A stretch of 64,000 bases of DNA from Gemmatimonadota bacterium (GTDB taxonomy: Bacteria > Gemmatimonadota > Gemmatimonadetes > JACCXV01 > JAHWKZ01): positions 12,060-76,059 of the forward strand of contig DASRVA010000023.1 of NCBI GenBank assembly GCA_035687745.1, read 5' to 3'. The position numbers were made by a program, and so were the translations under genes. This document shows positions 57,001 through 64,000 of this stretch, piece by piece. The first letter of the stretch is position 1, and each line of letters starts with the position of its first letter. The notes under the pieces are model-generated. The model saw only the letters and a program-made list of their open reading frames with translations. It searched no databases and was not told the origin of the DNA.

Positions 57001-57864
57001 TCAGTCGTCGAGCGCCGTCTCCGCGATCGCCGAAGGGACGTGGTAGTCGACGAGCTGGAGCTCGACGGCAGAGACCTCGCCGCCATGGCCGTAGGCGAAC
57101 GACGTGAACCCGAGTCCGGGGACGAAGGTCCAGACGGCGTGCCGGGAGGCCGTTCGCTGGCTCACGCTGTAGAGAACGGGATCGGGGATCTCCTCGCTGC
57201 CGCGGACGGCGCGCAGGTCGGCCGGTCCCTCGTCGACGACCGACCAGCATGCGGCCGCCGGCGTGTCAGGGGTCATCGGCGGGCAGATCGGTTTCCCGCC
57301 CCGAAGCGGAAGCTCGAGCACGAACTCCTCGGGAAGGGCGAGCCCGTCCAGCGTGTCCTCGCGATCCTGGACCCGCCGCCACACGTCCCAGGCCCGCTGG
57401 CCGCCGACCAGGAAGACGCGGGGACCGGCGTTCTTGCGACCCCGGAGCAGAAGCACGTAGGTGCCCCGCGCGCGACCGTGCTGGGACCCGAGCAGATCGT
57501 AGGGGTGGCCTTCCAGCATGGCCGCGGTCCAGCCACGGCGGTGCTTCACGTCGGTGACCTCGCTCGTCCAGGTGACGTGCTCCCGGTAGATCCCGATCCG
57601 GTGCCGGGGGATCCACCAGACCTGCCCGACGTAGGTCCAGCTGCTTCCGATCTCCAATGGGAACGCGGGCGGTCGACGGGCCGGGTCGTGCGTGGGATGG
57701 GCTGGCGCGGGCGTGCGAGGGGCCGGCGCGGGCTCGACCGTCTGCGCCTCCGCCAGACGCTGAATGAAGGCGACCGCCAGCGCGACCACCAGAAAGACGC
57801 GCAGGAGCGCCCGGCAAAGTGCCGCCGGGTCGGTCCCGGTGCGAGGGGTTGGTGAGTCGATCAT
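57001..57864 (-). CDS. Hypothetical membrane-anchored protein
   Basis: N-terminal hydrophobic helix LLRVFLVVALAVAFI. No recognizable domain. Confidence 0.55.
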   Translation of the reverse strand: MIDSPTPRTGTDPAALCRALLRVFLVVALAVAFIQRLAEAQTVEPAPAPRTPAPAHPTHDPARRPPAFPLEIGSSWTYVGQVWWIPRHRIGIYREHVTWTSEVTDVKHRRGWTAAMLEGHPYDLLGSQHGRARGTYVLLLRGRKNAGPRVFLVGGQRAWDVWRRVQDREDTLDGLALPEEFVLELPLRGGKPICPPMTPDTPAAACWSVVDEGPADLRAVRGSEEIPDPVLYSVSQRTASRHAVWTFVPGLGFTSFAYGHGGEVSAVELQLVDYHVPSAIAETALDD

Positions 57865-57945
57865 ATAGGGCTTTATGTAAGCGAATCTGACCGATGGGCA
57901 CCGCTCGTCGGGCCCGGGGGAAAGTTCGTGCAGGAATCACGCCGC

Positions 57946-58371
57946 TCAGGAGAGCGGAGGCGGGCCGTCTCCGAGCCACTCCTCGAGGCGCCGCCCGATC
58001 TCGTCCCGCGCCCGTCGGAAAGCGTCCAGACGGTCCGCTTCGGACCCGCCCGTGCGGGCTGGATCCTCGATCGGCCAATGGAGCCGGCGCACCGATCCGG
58101 GGAAGACGGGACAGACTTCCTCCGTGCACAACGTCACCACGACGTCCACCCGGTCGACCGGGATCTCGTCGACCGACTTCGAACGGTGGTTCGAGATGTC
58201 GATCCCGATCTCGGCCATCGCGCGGACGGCGAGCGGATTCACCGAGGCCGGTTCGGACCCGGCGCTGTAGACACGGGTTCCGGGGGGCGCCAGGCGCCGG
58301 GCAAGACCTTCGGCCATCTGGCTGCGCGCGGAGTTCGCGACGCACAGGAAGAGAAGACCGTCCGAGGTCAT
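57946..58371 (-). CDS. Low-molecular-weight phosphatase family protein (ArsC-like arsenate reductase/LMW-PTP)
   Basis: P-loop [16 protein letters not shown] (C-x5-R). The second Cys of the thioredoxin-coupled ArsC P-loop is replaced by Ala. Contains LCTEEVCP. Confidence 0.75.
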   Translation of the reverse strand: MTSDGLLFLCVANSARSQMAEGLARRLAPPGTRVYSAGSEPASVNPLAVRAMAEIGIDISNHRSKSVDEIPVDRVDVVVTLCTEEVCPVFPGSVRRLHWPIEDPARTGGSEADRLDAFRRARDEIGRRLEEWLGDGPPPLS

Positions 58372-58384
58372 CTACCGAGCCTAC

Positions 58385-61300
58385 ATGACACCCGACGGGT
58401 CCGGCCAGCGGCCGTGCATGCGATCACCAGCGTCTCCAATAGATTCCCGGCTCATGCGATGCCCCCGATGCCGAACGGCGCTCGAGTCCGGCGCCCGTTT
58501 TTGCTCCGCCTGCGGAGCCGCCGTGGCGATTCCGGGCGGATCCGACGGGCCGTCGGCTGGATCACCGGCTGAGGACCAGACCCGACTCGTGACCATCCTG
58601 TTCGCCGACCTGAGCGGCTCGGTGGCCGCCACCCACGGCCTGGATCCCGAGGACGCCGTAGGTCGTGTGAACCAGACCCTCGACCTGATGGCGCGCTCGG
58701 TGACCGCTCACGGGGGGCGCGTCGACCGGTACCTGGGGGATGGCCTCCTCGCCCTCTTCGGCACACCCCGCGCTCACGAGGACGACCCTCTGCGTGCGAT
58801 CAAGGCGGCGATCCAGATCCGCGACGCGATCGGCGCCACAGGCCTCACGGCCACCGTCGGGATCAACACCGGCGAGGTGTACGTCGGCCGGATCGGCGGC
58901 GACGCCCACCGCGAGTACTCGGCGATGGGACCCGTGGTCAATCTGGCGGCGCGTCTCCAGTCGAAAGCCCGGGCCGGCCAGATCCTGACCGGCGAGGCGA
59001 CCTACCGGCTCGCGCGGCGGGCCTTCGGGTTCTCGCCGCTCACCCTGCAGATCAAGGGTGTGCCCCACCCGGTCGTGGCGTACGCGGTCGAGCAGCCGCT
59101 CCCCCATCCCGAGCTGGCGCGCGGGATCGAGGGGATGAGCGCCGAGCTGACGGGCAGGGCCGGAGAGATCGCGCGGCTCGTCGAGGCGGTCGAAGGTGTC
59201 GGCTCCGGCGGTCGGGCGGCGGCGATCGTCGGCGAGGCGGGGGTTGGAAAGTCGCGGCTCCTCTCGGAGCTCAAGAGCCGCTGCGAGGCGACCGGAGCCC
59301 GGAGCGAGCCCATTCTCTGGCTCGAGGGCCGCTGCTTCGAGAGCACCCTGTCCGCCGGATATGGGCCGTTCGTGGACCTCCTGAGGAGCCACTTCGCGTG
59401 GGGCATCCGGGCCGATCCGGCGGAGCGCGAGGCCCGGGTGGCGGGATCGCTGGAGGCGATGGTGTCGGCCGGGAACCTCGACGCTGAGCGCGCGGGCGAC
59501 CTGGAGGCGGTCCTCCTGCACCTCCTGGCCGCCGGGGGCGGGACACGAGGGGGACCCCTCGTCGGCGCTTCGCCCGAGCTGATCCGCGACCAGACCTTCC
59601 GCGCCGTGCGCGATCTCTTGCGGGCGCTGGCGGGCCGGCGTCCGGTGGTGGTCGTCCTCGAGGACCTCCACTGGGCGGACACCCTCTCGATCGAACTGGC
59701 CGCCACGCTGCTCGATGACCTGGACGAGCTTCCCGCGCTCCTGCTCTGCGCCTATCGCCCGGAGGCCCGACCGCGGATCCGGCTCGTGGAGGGGGCCCTC
59801 GAGCGGCTCTCGGCCGAGCGCCGCCTCCGGATCGACCTCCGGCCCCTGTCGGCGGACCACACCCGCGGGATGCTTTCCTCGCTGCTCGGCGGAGAGGCGC
59901 TTCCCGAGAGCTGGCGTGCGGCGATCCTCGAAAAGGCCCAGGGGAATCCGTTTTTCGTGGAGGAAGTGGTGCGCTCGCTGGTCGACGACGGCCGCCTCGT
60001 GCGCGAGAACGGCGGCTGGCGGGTCGCTCGCGGGCTCGTAGATCTGGACGTTCCGGCGACGATCCAGGGGATCGTCCTCAGCCGGATCGACCGCCTTTCG
60101 GAGCCGCTCAAGGGAATCCTGCAACGCGCCTCCGTGATCGGGCGGGCCTTCGGCACGGAGCTGCTGTCGGCGGTGTCGGAAGACCACCTCGATCTCGAGG
60201 TCGCGCTCCGGGAGCTGGAAGGTGTCGACCTGATCTACCTGGAGCGGGTCGCCCCGGAGGAGCAGTACTCGTTCCGCCACGTCTTCACGCGCGACACCGT
60301 GTACCGGAGCCTTCTGAAAGCCCGTCGAGCCGCCCTGCACGGTACGGTCGGAGAGGCGATCGAGCGTCTCTACGCCGATCGGCTCGACGAGCACATCGAG
60401 GAGCTCGCCCATCACTTCGAACGCTCGACGGACGCAGTGAAGGCGGCGGAGTATCTCGTCCGGGCGGGCGAGAAGGCGACCGCCGCGTACGCCAACGAGG
60501 AGGCCTTCGCCTATCTCGAGCGGGGTCTCGGGCGCCTCGATGGCGCCCTGTCCGGCGAGCGCGAAGCATGGGCCGGAGAGGTCCGCCGGCGCGCTCGGGT
60601 CTGCCTCGGAGACCTGCTCGAGCGGACGGGTCGGCACGAGGAGGCGGTCGCGGCGTTCCAGAGCGTTCTCGCCGAGATGGGGTCGCAGGATCCTCCGTCG
60701 CGAGCGCGGCTCCTGCGCAGGATCGGCGCGAGCCTCCAGATCCAGCGTCGGTTCCCGGAGTCATTGGCGGCCTTCCAGGAGGCGTTGGACGTGCTCGCCG
60801 GAACGCCGTCCGCCGGCGCCGAGGATGGATGGCGTTCCGAGCGGCTCGACACCGTGCTGGGAAAGCTGATGCTCCATTACTTCATGGCCGCGCAGGAGGA
60901 GATCGCGAGCACGATCGCCCGGTATCGAGACGAGTTTCTGGCTCACGGCTCCCTCCTCCAGCGCGGGCGGCTCTACAACATCATGGCTGTCGCCGGTCTC
61001 CAGCGGGAACGCTACGTCGCATCGTCCGAGACCGTGGAAAGCGCCAGGCGGGCCTGGGAGACGATCGAGCCGAGCGGCGTTCTCCACGAGGCCGGTCACG
61101 CCCGCTTCGTCCACGGCTTCGCCTCCATGTGGGCCGGACGGCTGGAGGATGCCGAGCGCGAGCTCTCGGCCACGCTGGCTCTCGCCGAGCGGATCGGCGA
61201 CGTCACCCTGGAGTCTCGGTGCGTCACCTATCTGGCGTTGACCCATCGGAAGCAAGGCGACGTCCCGGCGGCCCGCCGGTACGCGCTCCGCGCCCTGGAG

Positions 61301-61684
61301 GTCTCCGAGGCGGGAGGGATGACCGAGTACCTCGCGGCGGGCCACGCGCACCTGGCCTGGGCCGCGGGTCGGGAAGGACGATGGGACGAGGCGGAGCGTG
61401 AGGGCCGGATCGCCCTGGAGCTTTGGGAGCAGATCGGGGGGCCCTACCGCCTCTTCCTCTGGATGCCGGTCTGGCCTCTCCTGGGAGCGGCTCTGGCGCG
61501 CGGTCGCCTTGATGATGCCGCACGCCACGCGCGGGTTCTCCTGGACCCCGAGCGCCAGCCGATGCCGGAACCGCTCCGGGAGGCGCTCGAAGGCGCCGTA
61601 GCGGCGGTCGGGAAGAAGGAGACCGACGCCCGAGCGCTCTTCTCCACGGTGGCCGACCTGGCGCGCCCCCCCGGCTACCTGTAG
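58385..61684 (+). CDS. Zinc-ribbon + class III nucleotidyl cyclase (CHD) + STAND/AAA+ ATPase + TPR multidomain protein
   Basis: CPRC...CSAC zinc ribbon. VTILFADLSGSV...GDGLLALFG cyclase motifs. Walker A GEAGVGKS. TPR tail. A start at the in-frame ATG at 58454 (MRCPRCR) is more plausible given the 13-nt gap to the divergent gene. Confidence 0.85.
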   Translation: MTPDGSGQRPCMRSPASPIDSRLMRCPRCRTALESGARFCSACGAAVAIPGGSDGPSAGSPAEDQTRLVTILFADLSGSVAATHGLDPEDAVGRVNQTLDLMARSVTAHGGRVDRYLGDGLLALFGTPRAHEDDPLRAIKAAIQIRDAIGATGLTATVGINTGEVYVGRIGGDAHREYSAMGPVVNLAARLQSKARAGQILTGEATYRLARRAFGFSPLTLQIKGVPHPVVAYAVEQPLPHPELARGIEGMSAELTGRAGEIARLVEAVEGVGSGGRAAAIVGEAGVGKSRLLSELKSRCEATGARSEPILWLEGRCFESTLSAGYGPFVDLLRSHFAWGIRADPAEREARVAGSLEAMVSAGNLDAERAGDLEAVLLHLLAAGGGTRGGPLVGASPELIRDQTFRAVRDLLRALAGRRPVVVVLEDLHWADTLSIELAATLLDDLDELPALLLCAYRPEARPRIRLVEGALERLSAERRLRIDLRPLSADHTRGMLSSLLGGEALPESWRAAILEKAQGNPFFVEEVVRSLVDDGRLVRENGGWRVARGLVDLDVPATIQGIVLSRIDRLSEPLKGILQRASVIGRAFGTELLSAVSEDHLDLEVALRELEGVDLIYLERVAPEEQYSFRHVFTRDTVYRSLLKARRAALHGTVGEAIERLYADRLDEHIEELAHHFERSTDAVKAAEYLVRAGEKATAAYANEEAFAYLERGLGRLDGALSGEREAWAGEVRRRARVCLGDLLERTGRHEEAVAAFQSVLAEMGSQDPPSRARLLRRIGASLQIQRRFPESLAAFQEALDVLAGTPSAGAEDGWRSERLDTVLGKLMLHYFMAAQEEIASTIARYRDEFLAHGSLLQRGRLYNIMAVAGLQRERYVASSETVESARRAWETIEPSGVLHEAGHARFVHGFASMWAGRLEDAERELSATLALAERIGDVTLESRCVTYLALTHRKQGDVPAARRYALRALEVSEAGGMTEYLAAGHAHLAWAAGREGRWDEAEREGRIALELWEQIGGPYRLFLWMPVWPLLGAALARGRLDDAARHARVLLDPERQPMPEPLREALEGAVAAVGKKETDARALFSTVADLARPPGYL

Positions 61685-62643
61685 TCAGCCCCCTGCGCGG
61701 CAGCGACCATGTCCCGTGCGAGCTCCCGCATTTCCTCGGGCTCGAGGAGCTCGGCTTCGGGACCGTACGAGAGCACGTGGCGGACGATCCAGCGCGGGTC
61801 GGCGACCCGGTGGCGGACGATGATCGAGCCGTCGGGCCGCTCTTCGACCTCCTCGCGCTCGATGATCCAGCGGGCGATCTGGCGCGAGTAGCGGACGGTC
61901 GCCTCGACCTCCTCGCCGGCCCGGAACACGGCGCCCTCCTCGACGTAATCCGCCGGATCGAAGTCGCTCGGGATCTCGAACGTCTCGGCCGTGGGCTCGG
62001 CCTCGAGCACACGGTCGAGACGGAATACACGCACGGCGTCCGCTTCCTCGGAATGACCGATGACGTACCAGTGGCCGCGGGAGAATACGAGCGCATAGGG
62101 GGCCACGAGCCGGCGCTCGGGCTCCGATTCGCCGGGCTTGAGATAGGCGAGACGACACCGGCAACGCTCGACCGCGCCGTTCCGCACGAGCGCGAGCAGA
62201 CCGTTTCCGTGCGGATCGCCGCCGTCGAGCGCGAAGCTCGCCGTCATGGGCTCGGCGGGCACGGACGCCAGTCCCGCATCGAGGCGCCCCGCGAGCGCGA
62301 GCAGCTCCTCGCGCCTGGCGCCCTCGGTCCCGTCCGCCAGGAGCCTCAGCCCGAGCGCCAGGGCCAGCGCCTCACGCGGGGAGAGCCGGACCGGACGCCG
62401 GAACTCGCCCGTCGTCCAGACCGTCACCGCGTCCTCCTCGACCGAGATCTCGAGGTCCGTGACCCAGCCGGCCGGATGATAGTAGTCGCGCGCGGTCACC
62501 TCCTCGATGTCACGGAGGATGCGCTCCCGACTGACACCCAGCTCCGCCGCCAACTCGGCCAGGGATGCGCCTTCCGGACCTGACGCCCGGGGGACCAGGT
62601 AGAGGATCCGCTCGAGTTGTCGGGACGCGAGCTCCGCGGCCAC
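61675..62643 (-). CDS. WYL-domain transcriptional regulator (PafC-like)
   Basis: N-terminal HTH (LERILYLVPRASGPEGASLAELAAELGVS) plus WYL/WCX regions. Confidence 0.75.
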   Translation of the reverse strand: MAAELASRQLERILYLVPRASGPEGASLAELAAELGVSRERILRDIEEVTARDYYHPAGWVTDLEISVEEDAVTVWTTGEFRRPVRLSPREALALALGLRLLADGTEGARREELLALAGRLDAGLASVPAEPMTASFALDGGDPHGNGLLALVRNGAVERCRCRLAYLKPGESEPERRLVAPYALVFSRGHWYVIGHSEEADAVRVFRLDRVLEAEPTAETFEIPSDFDPADYVEEGAVFRAGEEVEATVRYSRQIARWIIEREEVEERPDGSIIVRHRVADPRWIVRHVLSYGPEAELLEPEEMRELARDMVAAAQGADYR

Positions 62644-62644
62644 C

Positions 62645-63751
62645 CTAGCGGTCCCCGGCGTACAGGGCCGCCACCTGCTCGACCAGGTCCGCGTATTCCC
62701 GCCGTAGCTCCGGCGGATCCACGATCTCGGCCTCGCCGCTCAGGGAGAGGATCCAGCGCAGGAACGGGTTCACCTGGTGCAGCCGGAAGGTGCGCACCGA
62801 CGAGCCGTCGGCGGCCGTCTCGTCGGGCTCGCCGTACCCGTTGCGCTCCACCCACAACGACGTGGGGAAGTCGAACCGGACGCGGGCGACCAGCGCAGCC
62901 TCCTCCCCCTCGCCCAGCTCCCAGGCTTCACGGTTTCGATAGGCGTTCAGATCGAAGTCCCCGGGCACCACGTAATCCGGCGTGTCGGGCGTCTTCCTGT
63001 TGGGCTCGGGATCTTCCATCCGGTCGACGCGAAAGACGCGCCTGGCGTCACGCAGGGCGTCGTGCCCGACCAGGTACCAGTTGCCGCCCAGGAACAGCAG
63101 CCCGTACGGGGCGACGTCGCGATCCGTCGGCTTCCCGCGGTAGATCCCGTGGTAACGGAAGCGGACCCGCTTGCGGGCCTGCAGGGCGTCGTTGAGGACC
63201 CGTAATCGGTCGCGTACCTCGCCAGCCTCCGGCCGGTCGAGCGCGAGCACGGCGTCCGGCCGGCCGGGCCCCAGGTCGAACGCCAGCTTGCGGAGGGCCG
63301 AACGCGCCTCCTCCCGCAGCAGGAAGGACGGGATCGCCGCCGCGAAGGAGAGCGCGTCGCGGGCGGCGTGTGCCTCCTCGGGCCGGATGTCGAACACGTC
63401 CGCGCGTGGGGCCCCGCCCGGTGCGGCGGCCGAGGCATCGCCCCCGCCGCCGATCAGCCTCAGATAGGGCAGGTAGAAGTCGCGGCGCGCGAGGCGATAG
63501 CCCGAGGTCTGCTCGGCCCCCCGCACGCTGAACTCGACCGTCTCGATCGGGATCCCTAGCTCCCTGAGCTCCTTCTTGTCGCGCTCGAACATGCGGCGGA
63601 CGCTCTCGTCGGCGGTCGGGTCGCCGTCCGGGGCCCGTGCGTACGCCGGGACCGCCTCCATGATCTCGTCCACCGAGACCGGATAGTGCCGCCCGATCAG
63701 GAAGGCGATCAGGTCGAGCCACCGCTGGAGTTTCGTGATCTTTTCGGTCAC
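62645..63751 (-). CDS. WYL-domain transcriptional regulator (PafB-like)
   Basis: N-terminal HTH (KLQRWLDLIAFLIGRHYPVSVDEIMEAV), WYL domain, 1-nt gap to the downstream WYL paralog. Confidence 0.75.
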   Translation of the reverse strand: MTEKITKLQRWLDLIAFLIGRHYPVSVDEIMEAVPAYARAPDGDPTADESVRRMFERDKKELRELGIPIETVEFSVRGAEQTSGYRLARRDFYLPYLRLIGGGGDASAAAPGGAPRADVFDIRPEEAHAARDALSFAAAIPSFLLREEARSALRKLAFDLGPGRPDAVLALDRPEAGEVRDRLRVLNDALQARKRVRFRYHGIYRGKPTDRDVAPYGLLFLGGNWYLVGHDALRDARRVFRVDRMEDPEPNRKTPDTPDYVVPGDFDLNAYRNREAWELGEGEEAALVARVRFDFPTSLWVERNGYGEPDETAADGSSVRTFRLHQVNPFLRWILSLSGEAEIVDPPELRREYADLVEQVAALYAGDR

Positions 63752-63795
63752 GACCGCAGGATACGCCCTCCGTCCGACGGGGTCGAGGCGCGGTC

Positions 63796-64000
63796 TACCA
63801 CGACTCGGTCCGGTTCTGCGCGGTCAGGTAGAGGATCCGCTCCTTGACCGGCTCGCCGGTCAGCCCCTCCCAGCACTCGGCGTAGAGATCGACCTGGGCG
63901 CGATAGACGGCGAGGCGCCGGTCGAGCTCGGCCGGGTCCGCGACCTCGTCCGTCTTGTAGTCGGCGATCACCCAGCCGCCCTCCTCGCGGAAGGCGAGGT
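63796..64000 (-). CDS. PD-(D/E)XK (RecB-family) nuclease domain protein, C-terminal fragment (5' part beyond window)
   Basis: Minus-strand translation ...GGWVIADYKTDEV...RAQVDLYAECW... contains the DYK and QxxxY motifs of RecB-family nucleases. Stop TAG at 63796-63798. Confidence 0.5.

Noticed and set aside
50453-61684. Pycsar-type (cyclase + effector) anti-phage system
   Set aside because: The cyclases here are fused to STAND ATPase and TPR domains, as in signal-transduction ATPases, not the small stand-alone PycC with an adjacent TM/TIR effector.
61675-63751. Pup-proteasome locus implied by PafBC-like genes
   Set aside because: No pafA, pup, or proteasome subunit genes are present in the window.

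Overview
This 64 kb window is about 70% GC and appears to come from a Gram-negative bacterium: it carries a TonB-dependent outer-membrane receptor, many lipobox lipoproteins, and frequent GTGA/ATGA start-stop overlaps. The ordinary content is as follows.

- **Left block:** a minus-strand gene array (4190-12594) encoding three GT2 glycosyltransferases, a Gfo/Idh/MocA oxidoreductase, a CinA-N/MoaB-like protein, a YumC-type ferredoxin-NADP reductase, MarR, NUDIX and a NagB-LmbE fusion.
- **Metal-uptake operon:** TonB receptor, periplasmic CbiX-like chelatase, multicopper oxidase and cupin.
- **Fe-S assembly:** a complete Gram-positive-style suf operon (rrf2-sufC-sufB-sufD-Rieske-sufS-sufU).
- **Other identifiable genes:** gdhA, aquaporin, tRNA-Asn, an ArsR-VOC-SRPBCC trio, trmB, an M28 peptidase and several DUF proteins.

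The most notable finding is that two redox genes are each interrupted by a single in-frame TGA exactly at the catalytic Cys position. One is an OsmC-like peroxidase (3650-4114, minus strand) and the other an AhpD/CMD-like protein (13537-14091, plus strand). Each TGA is followed by a hairpin whose apical loop contains GG/GGU, so both are candidate selenocysteine proteins with SECIS elements. TGA otherwise functions as a stop codon throughout the window.

The second notable locus is a signalling region (50453-61684). Two divergently oriented zinc-ribbon + class III nucleotidyl cyclase + STAND/AAA ATPase + TPR proteins flank a tandem pair of paralogous lipoproteins, a membrane protein and an ArsC-like LMW phosphatase. 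A third cyclase, with a TM segment and TPR domain, sits at the window start.

Other observations:
- Tandem WYL regulators (PafBC-like) lie next to a partial PD-(D/E)XK nuclease at the right edge.
- A SAM methyltransferase has its zinc ribbon cut by the only canonical start; a possible CTG start overlaps the upstream TGA stop.
- There are several structured intergenic elements: a 23-bp inverted repeat with nested hairpins after gdhA, 24-bp-period tandem palindromic repeats in a divergent promoter, and a 15-bp tandem duplication that duplicates a start codon.

No CRISPR array, transposase or integrase was seen. Most long ORFs in the supplied track that lie antisense to these genes are GC-driven shadow ORFs and were not called.
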